Shown here one piece after another: positions 13,886 to 28,093 of a stretch of 64,000 bases of DNA. The notes under the pieces are model-generated. The model did no database searches. It saw only the letters and a list, made by a program, of their open reading frames with translations, and was not told the origin of the DNA. Where the stretch lies: positions 12,374,644 to 12,438,643 of the forward strand of contig CM120643.1 in the NCBI GenBank assembly GCA_051362555.1, in the 5' to 3' direction. Each line of letters opens with the position of its first letter. Position 1 is the stretch's first letter. The translations under genes were made by a program, and so were the position numbers. The DNA is from Lingula anatina (Eukaryota; Animalia; Brachiopoda).

Positions 13886-15975
13886 TTTGCCGCGTTCGTC
13901 TGTCGTCTGCGTCGCCGCTTTTACACCTTTACTGTCTGCCTAAAGTTATAGATTCTGAACAAATATTTTACGCCTTCGTATTTGTACCCCGACTTTGTTT
14001 TTGTTTTGTAGTCAGTCTTTTTTTAACCTTCGAGAAAAGTAAATATATTTAGCAATGTAGCAGGAATGGTGGAAACCTTAAAAAGTTTTTGATATAAATA
14101 AGCGATCCACGATCTCGGTCCTGAAGGATGTTCGCGGTCACAATGACGCTCCTTTAGAGGAATCCTTATCTAAGGCGTTGAATCCTCCCTGCTTATGATA
14201 TCGCCAGTCTTATATCCTCACCCGCCCTAAGACTGAGCCAGAACAAACTGGTTGGGAAATAACTTCATTCGGAAATAGTTTCCAACTTCAGCACTCTACT
14301 CCATTATCGGAGGTGTTGCCGATGCCAAGTCTGTGAAGATTTGTTGTGCAAATGGCGAACTAATTTTTTTTCTTTTAATTCAAGTCATGCTGTAACCATT
14401 CACATATCACTCTCTCTTTTTCCACACTTTCGGTTATCTCGGAGTGATTTCTGTCGACGATTTCCAGGCGGAGACTTGGTCTTACTGGACGCGATCAGCT
14501 TATCCGTTCACGCGTCCGAAGTGATGATGATCGGACTTGACTGTTCGATGAGTGTGTCTCTCTTCGATATTTAAAAGCCGGGCCACAGTGTGACAACGAA
14601 AGAAGGCGGAGATAGTGAGAACGGTAGGTAAGCAATCGCTGCCTGTTGTCCGTCAGTCTATACACGCAGCGCACACAAGAGAAAATATTTGATTTCTTTG
14701 ACGATGTATCAGAAGGACGAGACCGGGGACAGGGCTCCTCGCGATACCACGACTTCCTATTGGTCGCACGTGCTAACCTTAATGGAGTGTCAACGTGGGA
14801 CCTTCTCTGTCACCAAACCGTCAGTGTCCCTTCTCTCTCCGTCGGCATGGACTCGCGATGTTTTCCTTCCCGTATCCTTAACACTGTGAAGTCGCGAACA
14901 CACGCGACAACACGCTTTGGTTTGTCCACGCTCCGGGGCATACAGTTAAAACAACCAGGGATAGCGAGCGAGTTGAGGCACCGATTAAAAAAAAAACTCC
15001 AAAATCTCGCACTGTTTATTCCGATTCTTCCCCCCGCCCCACGACACCAAGGCCCGTGACCGGGAATACAAGAGGTGATATTAACATTTTATGAGTTTAC
15101 TTTCAATGTCCCCCTGACCCTAGGGCTAGTTTGAGCAGGGAGGGAGGGCAAACAGGGCCCAGGGTGGTATTATCAAGTGGAAAATTGAAACATAATAGGC
15201 CGCACACAGATTGCGGCTAATATTGACAAGTCAAGAGGGCTTATGAAAACCCAATAGTCCCAATGAAAATATTTGTTTGAAGTTGTTGTACGACAATTTG
15301 AGGTGTTCTTTTCTGCTTCCTGAGAAAGTATTGATAAAAGTCAACAAGTGATAGTCCATTAGTGGGTAAGGTGAAGAACCGCTCAGGTTTCGAACCAACA
15401 ATGATGTTTAATTGAACACCTTTTATCGGGAAAAAACAAGGTCCGTGATAAAAAAACTTAACCGGAGACCCTTTTGGCTTTATAAACATTGCCTTTTCCC
15501 GACGAGTGATTATTACTGAATAACCTCATAACGCTAGAAATACACCAGACATCGGAAAAAGCGAGAGTTCCACGGATTTAAAATCCCCACCTTTCTCTTA
15601 CCAACGCAGCAATACAAAATAAGCCATCGCGAGCATTGTACCAAAGTCGTTTGCGACTTCCTTGCCTGCTTACAGAGCGTTTCTGGTTGTTTGAAAACCA
15701 AGGAAAGCTCTCCTTCTAAGTGTGTGTGTGAGCGTGTACGCTTGGTCGCAGCGCTGCTTTCACCGGAGTCGGTGAAGTGAGCGGCGTGAAAGGTTATGTG
15801 TGTTTTGTGTTAGAGATGACACGGGGGGAGTGAGGTGAGACGCTCAGGTCAGACTTACTGGAGAGATCAATCGTTTTTGAAGGAGAGAATGGCAATTGCC
15901 CTGGCCGTGTTCTTACTAGCCCTCCCTTTCTATTCTGCTACTTTACGGTTGTGTTTGATTGTGGTCCACCTACAC

Positions 15976-16023
15976 GTGTGTGTGTGCGTATGTGTGTGTG
16001 TGTGTGTGTGTTTGTGTGCGTGC

Positions 16024-16076
<53 letters not shown>
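15976..16076. repeat. Compound (TG)n(AG)n microsatellite
   Basis: Direct inspection. Other CT/CA/AG tracts occur at about 19927, 20379, 23694, 24057 and 28019-28090. Confidence 0.95.
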
Positions 16077-17046
16077 GGGTATTAAGGGATGGTCGAGGGT
16101 ACTAGGGCGTGACAGAACATTTTATTCTAACGCACTACACCATGCCAAACAAAGCGAAGCAAATCCAGATTTCCTTTAAAAATAGCAATTTCTCTTTTAT
16201 CTTCCCCCTCCTGTATGGTCTGACACTCTGTGTTTCCTCCGTGTGTGTTTCTACCGTGTCGGCCTTTAAAGTATTGTCAGCCGAACGCTTGACTCATGAT
16301 CTAATGACGAAGCAGAAAGTATTGACTCGCCGTTATATAAATCCTTTTAGATAAATTCTATAGAAAATTAATTCCCTTGAATATATCCGTTTTCTCTTTC
16401 ATCTTTCCTTCATATTTCATTTTTCTGACCTTGTTAATGGTGTGCAGAAATTTCGATTCATATTGTCGTGAAATGCGTGATTGAAGTTTAAAAATAGTCT
16501 CTCTCTCTCTCTCTCATTTGTTAGAACGTTGACAAATATCTAATTATTACCGTTTATATTCGTATTAAGCAGAAACTGAGACAGACAGTTCATCACATCT
16601 GTTGATACAACAGTTACTGGATGATGAGTAAGGAATTCCCAAAGAATTTCTACCGTCTACCATCATGGAAAATAGAGAAGAGTGGAGAAAAAGAAGCATG
16701 AACTTCCGCCCGCAGTAGACATAGGAGTAGTACAGTGTAGTAGTAGTCAAAGTAGTAAATGATGTAGATGAAATGCATGTACAGTAGTAGCAGTAGTAGT
16801 AGTAGTAGTAGTAGTAGTAATAATAGTGCTTGCAGTAGTAGTTGTTGTAGTAAAATTATCAGATTTTTCGTGCGATTTTTAAAATTTTCAAATATCCTAA
16901 ATGGATCAAATAATTTTTAAGTCATTTAAACACTTTGATTAAATGTCATTTAATTTCAATTAAATTCTATTGAATGCGGTTATGAACTGTATCAATTTAT
17001 TCCACTTATTGTACAATCCACCTACTTTTAGTTGCAAATAAACGTA

Positions 17047-17260
17047 ATTATTATTATTATTAGTAGTAGTAGTAGTAGTACATGTAGTAGTGGTAGAAGC
17101 AGCAGCAGCAGTAGTAGAAGTAGTAGCGGCACATGCAGTACAACATGTAGTAGTAGTAGTAGTACATGTAGTAGTGGTAGAAGCAGCAGCAGCAGTAGTA
17201 GAAGTAGTAGCGGCACATGCAGTACAACATGTAGTAGTAGTAGTAGTACATGTAGTAGTA
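17047..17260. repeat. Compound (ATT)/(AGT)/(AGC) microsatellite with an 84-bp higher-order duplication
   Basis: tggtagaagcagcagcagcagtagtagaagtagtagcggcacatgcagtacaacatg recurs at 17091 and 17175. Confidence 0.9.
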
Positions 17261-17694
17261 TCTATTATCTTTTGTGTATTTTAAGTATTTGCACCAAAGT
17301 ATCTTGAGACGTCCATGTGGTTAACGTAAGCAAAGGAAAACACAGGGATTTATAAAATAGTGTGAGATCTATTTACTGATGGAGAATACTCTCTTCTGCA
17401 TCTCCGAGGCAGTTGTTGTGAACATTTATGGCTTCAAAATTTGAATGAGTTTTATAATTAGTAATCGTCGTGAAAATAAGTTTTCAGGCAGCAAAAAAGC
17501 GATCGATTGTTTGAGGTGATTTCCTATCACGAAATAGTGCGAGTTCAATACACATGCATCTATCAATTAACGACATGATTCTATTGGCCAATTAAACGAC
17601 AGTTTTCATACTTTATCCAAAGAAAATTTTCGTATCAGGGTAAGTATGAAAGCTATGCTACAGCCCCTTCCCATTCTCATCCAAAATCGGCCCC

Positions 17695-17722
17695 GGGGGG
17701 GGGGGGGGGGGGGGGGGGGGGG
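17695..17722 (+). repeat. Poly-G tract
   Basis: About 28 consecutive G. Poly-C tracts also occur at about 31397, 39709, 42728-42767 and 62523. Confidence 0.9.
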
Positions 17723-18070
17723 AGAGGGTGAAAGTGGGCAAACAACAAGTATCAATAATGCTTTGTTTCTGCCTATTTTTTTTAATGGGCCCATCCCTTA
17801 CAAAACTATGTCAATCATTTCCAAGTCACGACATATAAAAGGCATGGAATACTTAGGAAAGCCACATTGCTGTCAGGCCGAGTTTATACGAGTCTACAGG
17901 AGACTGATATCTGTCACGACACCCGGTGAAGACAGTTTTCCTTTATAAGGTAAACCACAGGGACAGAATACCGCTATATGTGACTTCCAGACAGAATAAA
18001 TCTAATTTAGTCTCTAGTTTACTGAAAATCAGCTAATCATCATCATTTCATTTTCTTTCATTATTAACTT

Positions 18071-18106
<36 letters not shown>

Positions 18107-18204
18107 GAACGACAACTTTCTTAGTTTCTTCTCTAGCCTTCTGTAGTAGTCCATAAAGCATCTGTCTCACAATTAATAAAATATTTACGGAAAGAAAGAA
18201 ACTA

Positions 18205-18405
18205 TAGTAAATCCGCCAGAGAGCGCAGACCTCAGCCAAGACAAATAATTAACCATTAATTAATCAATGGATCATCCCCAAAATCTTATCACTTTAAAGT
18301 TAATTTATTTGGACCTATCTTGAAAATTCTATCAGAATTACTCCATGACATTTTAAATTATTCTGGTGACAGATAAATAGACAAACGGAGGTGAAAACAC
18401 AAACC
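18205..18405 (-). mobile_element. Degenerate HINE-like copy
   Basis: gagagcgcagacctcagccaag...ggatcatccccaaaa...gacagataaatagacaaacggaggtgaaaaca aligns to 62925-63140. Confidence 0.65.
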
Positions 18406-19923
18406 GTACAAATCCTTTTTTTTTAATGCGTTTCTTCCAGGCGGTTTCTAGTGAACCAAGTGTTTTCACAAAGACTTTTCAACCAATAAATGTCATTAAC
18501 ACCAGAGAATAGTGATGTTACACGATTTTATACATTAAGTTTTCAGCTTGAAAAAGTAAGTTTCAGCGACATTAGTATTGTATAAGCCAATGACATCTGC
18601 CGTTGCTAAGTCTTTTACGCCTACATACGACTGATTGCCTTGGAACAAATCGGTGCAGTTTTCACATTAAGTCGCGTGTAGTGCATATCTGGTAAAGAAC
18701 CGCTATGAATCCTCAAATCTAATCTAACGTGCAACATGTACGTTTAAGTGTTCTTATAATATAAATATACGGAGATAGTGTGTACGAGCATTGGTCCCAT
18801 GTTGTTTTACATGTAATCTTACTAATCCTGTGCCAGGAAACTTCAAACTATTAAGTTCAGAGCTTATTATTAACGTTTAACTTAACAGAGGGCAAAGGCA
18901 AATTCTTACACTATTGCAGTGTTTTGACATTACTATTTTAAAATTTTGCCCTATTTTATTTTGATAACAGTTATTACAGTGCTTAATAAACGCTGAGAGT
19001 CACACGTGCCTGTCTTGGTTAACGCTAACTTTTGAACCGACTGTTTCTCCGGAAATAATACCCACTCACTAATCATTTAAATTTCACATCACATTTCATA
19101 ACAGCAAATATCCCAGCGGCACCGAAGATCAAATTGCTAGAACCCTCCAGTACCACGACTCTCCCTATTATTGTAATATGCGCGCGAGACAATAGCGCTG
19201 AGGCCATTAACAAGCCGTGATACGCTATATCATAATGCCGTTCTCTCCACGCTTTCTCTGCGCCTTAGAAAAAATCTTTTCTCCGTGTCATTCCATCACC
19301 CAACGGGCGCCAAGCACATCTTTCCGCTTGCTTCACTTTACGAAATGTTATGACGAGGTTGAAAGGGAAATTGTCCTCGCGAATAAAAGGTGTCGACAAC
19401 CAAGTCTACGTAATGCACAGTTAATATTTGTCCATAAACACAAGTCGTATGAATGGGCGACACGGCATTAAAACACGCGCTGTGAAAAGAACGGAAAATG
19501 GGCCGTAATAGACTTGGTTAGACTTATTTGATTCTCTTTCGGAGAGGGCCCACAACGCAGACTAACGATTCTTCTCTCTCTGTTAGTTTTGTTGTTCGCG
19601 GGAGATGCCGGGGCAGTAAGGAGACCGCCGTTGGGAAAAGAAGAAAAATGCATTCTGAACTTACGGCTCAGAGGTGTTTCAACCCGGCAGTGGCTTTTTC
19701 CCGCGTCATTACTTTGGCGTTTTGATCTTTTCCTTTCATTTCATATTCTTTTGTAACCCCAGTTCCTAACTCTGTTAATGTACCATATTCTGCAAATGCG
19801 AGATCTATCACTACTGCGCACGTAGAGGGAAATCTAATTTTTGTCAAGAAGATGATCTCTACGTCATTCGGCTTTGAAATTAAAAATAAACCTTTCCTAG
19901 TGTGTACACGAACATTTCATCAT

Positions 19924-19973
<50 letters not shown>

Positions 19974-20376
19974 CTGAAATGCACTAGGACGAGCAAACAG
20001 TCGCTTGTTAAAATATGAAAGAAGAACATCTCAACTCGAAATAAAGATTACGTGATAAATCAGAGATCAGGGAGCTTGTACATGTACGTCTATTTGTACT
20101 GGGTGCTTATATAAGGATACAGTCTATTTTTTATCAGATCGCCACTACCTCTGTCTACAAACTGTCTACAAACTATGAAAAAAATTAGAATAAATTAGGA
20201 CTGTTGTAGTTAGATACAGTATTTAAGCGTTTTGGGGATTTTCTGGCCAGTCAAGAGGATGGTTGAGAAACATTGGAAAATTGATGAAGTCCTGAGATGA
20301 ATTGGTAAAAATGACTTCTTTTGACTTAAACCATACGCGCTTTGTTTCAAAGCACGCACACTCACAAACACGCGTG

Positions 20377-20426
<50 letters not shown>

Positions 20427-21387
20427 AGATGTACCTTAATTACAATTTAAGTATTAATAACGTGCAGTTACATACGCATTCAGAGGACTGAATTTATGCC
20501 CCATCAATGCAAAACTAAAAAAGGTGGTAAAAATAAAATGTATACAGCAAACGTATATACAAGTATACTCAGTTGTGTACTTGGTATTTTTTGTAAAGCA
20601 TTTACATCTTCAATTACAAGCAATGAGTGAGTACAAAGTACAGTAGAAGTTTTCAACATAATAAAACAGTAGAATAAAAACACTGTCCACAGCATTGATA
20701 AAATATCTCGACATAAAGACCTTCACTAATTATTAACCTTGTCTACGTCCAACCTGTTTCAAACGTTCATCTTGCTATAGTTCCGAAAAATATTTTTTGT
20801 CAATACAATTAATCAATAACCTGAAAAAGTGCTGCAAGCGAGATTTTGCTGACACTAAATTTATTCTTAGACATCGCCATTCTAGTTCACAACAGCGTCA
20901 CTAACGCCATCTATTGGCAGTATACATAACTTAAGCGACGTCACGTCTGGCAACAAGTTCTATATAATTTAATAACTGCACTGATGGAAATACCTTGAAA
21001 TATTTTTGGCTTTTCTTAATACCTTATTAGTAAATCTTACCTAACCCCTTTAAAAACTAAGGATAGTCCTGTGGCTTAATGGCAAACACAAACGCCGGGG
21101 TTGGATATAAATCCGCGGTCTTCTTTGACAGTGACTGGCAAGTGCATCGCTTCCTTTCGGTCACTCGGTCACGATATTACTAAATATTACCGCACGTGTT
21201 GTGGTTCCACTTTTGTCATTATCATAACAAAAATGAGAGTATCAAAAAAAAAAAAAAAAAAAAAAAAAAAACTGGCTTGCTTGGCTCTACACTGTACATT
21301 AAGGTAATAAAAGGCATTAAGACCGAGTTTGGGAAGGGGCGAATGAAACTAAGAGTAATGGCAAGTTGCACGCCAAAGTTGCCTTAC

Positions 21388-21420
21388 CTGTTTTGTGGTC
21401 TTCAATAAATGGGAGGAACT
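21388..21420 (-). CDS. ERG micro-exon (33 nt, phase 1-1)
   Basis: Pyrimidine tract ctcctcaccccgtcctctttccctag|AGTTCC...AAAACAG|gtaagg. Encodes EFLPFIEDHKT and lies 62 nt from the upstream exon. Confidence 0.65.
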
Positions 21421-21482
21421 CTAGGGAAAGAGGACGGGGTGAGGAGCTAACTTTACCAGGTCGTACCCCGAAAGTGCCTTAC

Positions 21483-21581
21483 CTGGTTTTATATGGTCCG
21501 TAAAAGGCGCTCCCAGGGCCGGGGTAGGCGAGTGTTTACTGGGCATGCGCTCACTGCTCATCGCTGTGTTCTGGACACAAG
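21483..21581 (-). CDS. ERG: ERG post-PNT exon (99 nt, phase 1-1)
   Basis: ttttcctattccag|CTTGTG...AAAACCAG|gtaagg. Encodes TCVQNTAMSSERMPSKHSPTPALGAPFTDHIKP, a GC-rich open frame in AT-rich intron. Confidence 0.75.
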
Positions 21582-22343
21582 CTGGAATAGGAAAACTTCA
21601 AGTATAGTCAGAGAGGAGGGTTAAAACGTTTAAAACACTTAAAACACTGTCAATTGTGTACGTGGTCGACCAGATAGTCATCGCCTTATTTTGCAAAAAT
21701 ATATTAGAAACATAAGGCGGATCCAGAAGAACACGGGTTTTCTAGAATTTGTTATAAAGAATGCTGATTGAAATTAAATAATCATTTTTCATTCCACTGA
21801 GTATTTGAAATGGAAACCCTAAAGTTTTGAATTTTCACCCTGTCCACAAAATATCCGAACTGCTTCTCATGTCGTCTGCCGCGTCCAGGATGTCGGATAT
21901 GTGAACTTTTTTCCAACGAAGAAAACCATAATCCACAATAAGTTGCATATTTTAAGTGAATATTTTTAGTTAAGTTTTACTCAGCTATTCCAATGCTATT
22001 TACTTTTTATATACTTTGTCAGAGTTATATTAAAATTCTCTTAGAAATGCAACGTCATAGCAACAAAATGAAATGTCAGCTTTCATTTCAAAATACCTGT
22101 ATTTATGCACTTAAACATATGAAAACAATTCCAGGAAGTGAGTCTTCAATAAATTTTCATTCGTTGACATTCATATTTTCATCATAATCGATTTAGCTGG
22201 TTTTAACTGCAGCCTGCCTATTCAGATTAAATATCGTCTTCGTTAAAATTTCAACACAAAGTATACATTTTTAAAACTTTTTACCAACACCACGTCCTTA
22301 AAATAAGAAAACATATAAATACATATGGTCGCCGAATACTCAC

Positions 22344-22392
22344 CCACCTTTCTAGATTTGAAAAAATTTTGGCAGAAAGCAACTCTCACCAT
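22344..22392 (-). CDS. Weak candidate alternative first exon (MVRVAFCQNFFKSRKV)
   Basis: ATG at 22392, 16 codons plus G, then gtgagt. Phase 1, located just downstream of the PNT exon. Confidence 0.3.
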
Positions 22393-23379
22393 CAGACTGC
22401 GCGTATCGTGTAGCGGAAAGAAATTCACACCTTCGATACAAGCACCAGTAAAAAAAGGGCATGCAGCTTTGACAAGTTAATCAACATAAATAAATAAACA
22501 GCATTCCGGTCGCATTACATCGCGATAAAAGACATTATCTGAATAATGTCTTAACATTCAGGTTTCCTTTAATATTCCCTCGTAAACCGCGGTCTCATAT
22601 GACTAGAGTACAATGCTGGCTGCAAGTACAATGGAGAGAGATGATGACATATCTTGCGCTCACGAGAGCAGGTGCTTTTCAGATACTTCACTGCTGTGAT
22701 TGATAGGTGATTAGCTGCGCTTAAACAGTTAGACCCGCATTCGATCCGCGGTGAAAGAATAGAAGCGGCTACTGTGAGCTTATTGTTGGACACTAAACGC
22801 ACAATCGTAATTATTGTTTGTTCGTCACTCCAAAAGCTGGCCATAAAAGTGAACCGCAGTAAAAATGTTATTTATTGAATCATTTTCGACGTGGCTCGTT
22901 GTTTATTTAAGTTTTGAGAAAAGTGACGAACAAACGCATATTTTCCTACGGCGGCAAACCGTAATACGGCCGTGTGTTTAAAATGTGTTTTTCTAGCTTT
23001 TTATTAACAAGAACACGTGGTGTGGAGCGGCTACAAACAACACAAATATGAAGTTACAGATTATTAATGTCCTTGTGTTACGAATGTTAAACTGCCACAT
23101 CATTTTGCTCAAACAGGTTAAAACACCATGTGGTATAAATTTGAGTATTTTATGTTATCTGTGAACAATATTTATGGCTCTTCGACGAAATAAACTGGTA
23201 AGGCAAAGAGAAATTGATTAAAGACAGAATTGTCATATTTTGTCGAGTGAGTTCTGTCTTAAAAAGGTAATGATGGGAGTTGATAGAGAGAGAGAGAGAG
23301 AGAAAAGGGGGAGAGAGAGAGGGACAAGGAGAGGAAGCAAAAGAAGAATATTATTTTCAAATTTCTGTTGTATATTTAC

Positions 23380-23583
23380 TTTGTTGCAAGAAGTTCAGAT
23401 GCGCCATGAAGACGTCGGCGTTATTTGGAGTCGTGAGTTGACTGAAATCTTCCCTGGTCATTCGACACAGCTCGCGGCCCTCTATTCCGTGGAACTTCGA
23501 TATTTCCAAGCCCTGCAGCCCGTATTCTCGCACCCCCCACTCCAGCCACTGGCGGACGTGATCGGCCGTCCACAGAAGGGGGT
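23380..23583 (-). CDS. ERG: ERG PNT (SAM/Pointed) domain exon (204 nt, phase 1-1)
   Basis: ttttgaag|ACCCCC...CAACAAA|gtaaat. Encodes [68 protein letters not shown], homologous to ERG [23 protein letters not shown]. The ORF track misses it. Confidence 0.95.
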
Positions 23584-23690
23584 CTTCAAAAGAAGGAATG
23601 AAACACGTTTGTTAACATGAGTGAAAAAAAATGTAAAGTGTATATCTAAGAAATCTCATATCACCCAATGCATTCTCCTGTACTTATATA

Positions 23691-23751
<61 letters not shown>

Positions 23752-24055
23752 TTCCACCATCAAAATCTGCACTACACCAAAACAACAAGAGACACAATGC
23801 GCATCATTCTCATGATTTAAGGCTATGATGCATTAAAAACCACTCGAGACTGCAGACAGAGGGTCAGAACGCTCCGTGACCAGAGGTCATTCCTTACAGC
23901 GTCCCGCTGAGTGGCCACAGGATAACCCTCCTCACCTGCACGGCAGCAGTTAATTCACGTCTACGAGATGCTATCGTGTCCAGGCTGTTTCCTTCAATTT
24001 TGCTAAGAATTTTATGCCACAAATATGCCTTTGATTTTGCAAAGACATCTCCAAC

Positions 24056-24100
<45 letters not shown>

Positions 24101-26828
24101 TCTGCTATGTAATTTCTCTAACTATGGTTACAAATGTCAAAAGATAAAATTAAAATTAAACTTTCGGAAAGAGCTGAAATAAATATCATACTCAAGAAAG
24201 GTCACCACCAAATGGCAATGGACAAAAATCATTTCGTAAAAAAAAGTTCTGGTTTCTTGTCCATTTTCCATTTTCTTTGTGACGTGATATGAAGAAAATT
24301 GTCCAACTTAAACCCGGTAATGACATTATTAGAGTCCAATTTAGAGTGTGTGACACGCACTTAGGTGAGTAACAAGTGAATCACTCAGATGAAACTCAGT
24401 GCGCAGACGGCATTTTTCACACAAGCGTCATGTGACCAATACGCCTAGATCGTCTGCCGTCTTTCATTTATTTCGAAATTAATGCAACAAAATAACGCTC
24501 TTTTCTGAAACTTTGATTAATGATGATGTAGCTTCATTTTCTTTCCTTTATATTTCCCCCGCCAGATCAATGTGTCTTAAAATGAGGGCTGCCTAGGCGT
24601 AGCATGAATCTGTATTTTAAACAGAGTGCCGAAAATATTTCGAAATTAAAAAGTATATATTTTTTAATATAAAATATTTAAAAATAACTTCACGTCAAGT
24701 CAGACATAGATCTAGGCCTACTATCGTCTTATTCAATTATAAAATTATTGTATACATGCTTTTTATATAACTTATGAGTTTTTTATTATATTTTTTTAAT
24801 TCAGTAGTATGATCTAGCTATAGATATAACGACATTTCAACTGGCATCAACCGATGTCTTATTTAAAATGAATCTGATGTTCAAAAGACAAAATACAGAA
24901 ACTTTTATCAATAAAGCAATATTGATCGTCTGAATTAGCTTTTATTTGGCTAAATATGAGGAGCTAACAAAAATATAACTTCCCTATCTATTACAAACAA
25001 AATAACGTCTTATACATATAAGAAGCAAAATTACAAGAAAAGTTTTCCCAAGAAACCTAAGCGTGCATTTATGTTTTGATATTTGACACTCTTAATATTT
25101 GTTCTTGCCATTATCTAACGAACAGCTGCTTTGTCTTCTTGTAGAACTTTTTCGATTAAGAATCGAAATGATATCAACAAATTTTGTGAGACATCAATAT
25201 ACCTGTACTGAAAATGGACACTTTAGCCGTGTGTAACCCACGTGTATTAATAAAGAATCACGCGTTCGATACACAAGACAGGAAATGTAGAACGCTTTGT
25301 TGAAATATCGCAATATTAGAATGCATTTAACAATGCCAACGAAGAACAACTTTAGACACGGTCAGAAACAAATGAGTCGCACTGCGTCTCGAATGGTCCT
25401 GGGAATTAAGCAGTTTCAGCCGCAGACTAATTATCCCTAATGAAGAAGAAATGAACTATTAACATCACGGGATTGTCGGCAAAAAGATCCAACGCCTGCT
25501 GATGTTCTCATGACGGGTCTTCATTTGGAGTGTCATCACAATCAAATTACGAAATAATTGATAGGATCATATGTCTTTGACTGCGCGGCAAAATTAAAGC
25601 ATAATTTGCCGTCTTTCCAATTGCAATTTACCTGTAGCCTTTTTTTCCTGAAAGGAAGCTTGCGTTTTCGATCTTACTTTGTGTGTCAAATGGGATGACA
25701 AAAACGTATTTTCTAGAACCTGTCGTATTATATAAAAGTATTTCATTATTTCACAGTCTTAAAAAAGAATTTTTCCAGATTTATATTAAGTTGAGATTAA
25801 CAACTAGTTGACAGAAAGTGCATTTAAATGAGGAGAAATCCTAACAGAAAATGCGTTTTTATTAAATAATTTGGAGGATGAGAAAAAGAAACTCGTTGTT
25901 GAATGTTCCATTTATCATTATCATATGTAAAATGAAATAAAATATCTTTTTTAACAAGACGTATTTCAGTATAGGTAGGACTGATATTTTGTACTAGAAT
26001 ATAAATCTTGCTCTCAGTCTTTATTCGTCTCTTTTTTCTTTCTTTTTTATTATTGCCTCTCCTTAATTTATAACAACAAAAGCACTCATTTTCACACGCT
26101 TTTTTCTTTCTGTTAATTACGTGACATCTAAAAGTAGGCAACACTAAACCAAAAATTATTTGTTCACAAAAATATCAGCGCCTCCGCGTTACCGATCAAA
26201 AACGCATTCACATGGGAACGTCTGGACTGTAACGTCGCCAAGAATACCAAAGACCCCATATTCAAGAAAAAGTGCAAATGTTTTTCCTTTCCTTTTCCGT
26301 CCTTTTTTAACAGGCAGCCACCCAAATGAGCAAGTTTCTTTATATCAAAAACTACTTCGCTAATATCTAACATTAAACACACTTAAACGCTTGAAAAGAA
26401 GTTATAGATTTAAAAATAACCTTGGCGTGGTTCGCATTTTGTAATTTATAGGTAAATTGATAAAGTATTAGAGAAATGATTAAACTAGGCGTAGATTTGA
26501 CGTTAAACCGGTGCATAAAAATTTTGAATTATTGGCAAAACACAGCGGGCACCTGTACCTGCACGTTTCCAACTACAATACATATACCATATATCTAAAT
26601 GTACAACCCCCGCACGGTCGCGTTGAATTACAGCAAATAGACGCAGCTCCAGTGCATTGTCTTACTTTTGGAGAAATAGGTCATCGCGTTAATTGCGTGG
26701 ATCCAAAAATACTGCAAAATCACGAGTTTTTGTTTTATTAAATGGGATTCATTCTGCCTGCGATATTTTTAACCAAATAACTAGGTCTAGAGACCTGCGT
26801 TGATGGAAAATAAATCGAATAGGCCTCT

Positions 26829-26867
<39 letters not shown>

Positions 26868-28056
26868 TTGTAAATAAGTAGGTTTTTATGCAAATTTCTC
26901 ACAATACAATATCTTTTAGTTCTGTTTTAATGACTAGTATTGAATCTTTCTACAGCATTCGATGCTATGATTATCATATGAAAAAATACCGATCAAAGCA
27001 AAATAGACCATAATACTGTATATTCGATATAAGTGACGCAGTTTAAACTCGGCGTGCGTGACGCGTCTGCAGAAATCGACAAGATTCCTCGAAGACCAGC
27101 AGGTGCTGTTGCGTATGTCTCACGACTTAAAATGGACATGCATGGAGCGTGCTGAGCGCAGCTTTATGCGAGCCACAATACACAGCGAGCTTTACATTTC
27201 CTGCATTTGTGCGAAGAATATGAGGCATTATATGTGACAGGTCACTTCTAAGAGCACTCCAATACAAAGGTAGATTAATACCCGTAATTAGGATATTCTG
27301 CAATTTAACTCACGTTCAAGTGCGCTTCCTTAACAAGCATTGCCGAAGATGTCTTTATTCATCACGTGATTATAAATCCCTAGAAATCGAAACATTTACT
27401 TGAAAATCAAAGAAACGACGAAGAACTGAACTTCAGTATAAATCTGTCTTTCAAGTTTAGAAGTGCTTGTATCCAGTTTAAGAGAAAAGCACCGAAAATG
27501 GGACCAGTGCATTTCTGAAAATATATACCAGCTTTTGGAAGGCTGGCGCTGAAAACATTTTCTTACCTTCTGTTTGAATGGCAATACTTTGTTGACTCGG
27601 GTTTGTTTTGTAGACTGACTGCTACAAATTGTAAATATACTTTTTTTAAAAAATCAGATTTTTTATCGGTCGTAATTAGAGTAAACACAATTGAGATGAA
27701 AAAATTGCGACTAACGACTGTTTTCATTTTCGATTAAATTTAACTGAAATACGGAACACAAAAGACAAGATCATCGTTATCAGTTCCTGTTACACACAAT
27801 TTATCTATAAACAAAAATACCGTTGTTACATAATATGAGGATAGGCAATGTTCAATACATAACAGAATGACAGATGTCTCATGATATGAAACTCCGTATC
27901 TCGTAGGCTTTATAGACCTGATTAAAATGTTCAAATAGATGAAATGGACAAGGAATGGGGCAAGTTATCAGTGGTAGCCTGAACGATTTTTGACTTTAAA
28001 AGACTAACAAAACTATTAACACACACACACACACACGCATACACATTTACCGGTAC

Positions 28057-28093
<37 letters not shown>

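Noticed and set aside
14646-15059. 137-aa plus-strand ORF in a GC-richer intronic region
   Set aside because: Non-ATG start and no domain resemblance. More likely ERG promoter or regulatory sequence.
17028-17307. Four overlapping ORFs rich in Ser, Leu, Tyr/Cys or Val/Ala
   Set aside because: They are translations of a trinucleotide compound repeat inside an ERG intron, with no supporting splice structure.
17695-17722. Poly-G/poly-C tracts as functional G-quadruplexes
   Set aside because: Several such homopolymers are scattered through the window with no positional pattern, and their lengths are unreliable in assemblies.
21061-21270. Possible tRNA-derived SINE ending in poly-A
   Set aside because: Only a vague A-box-like start, with no convincing B box, cloverleaf, TSD or second copy.
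23240-23620. 126-aa plus-strand ORF
   Set aside because: It is the antisense shadow of the PNT exon plus an (AG)n repeat.
27567-27621. Exon-like segment with donor AAG|gtaaga between the 940-nt and PNT exons
   Set aside because: It would split the conserved VPA|DP junction and has no in-frame ATG, so support is insufficient.
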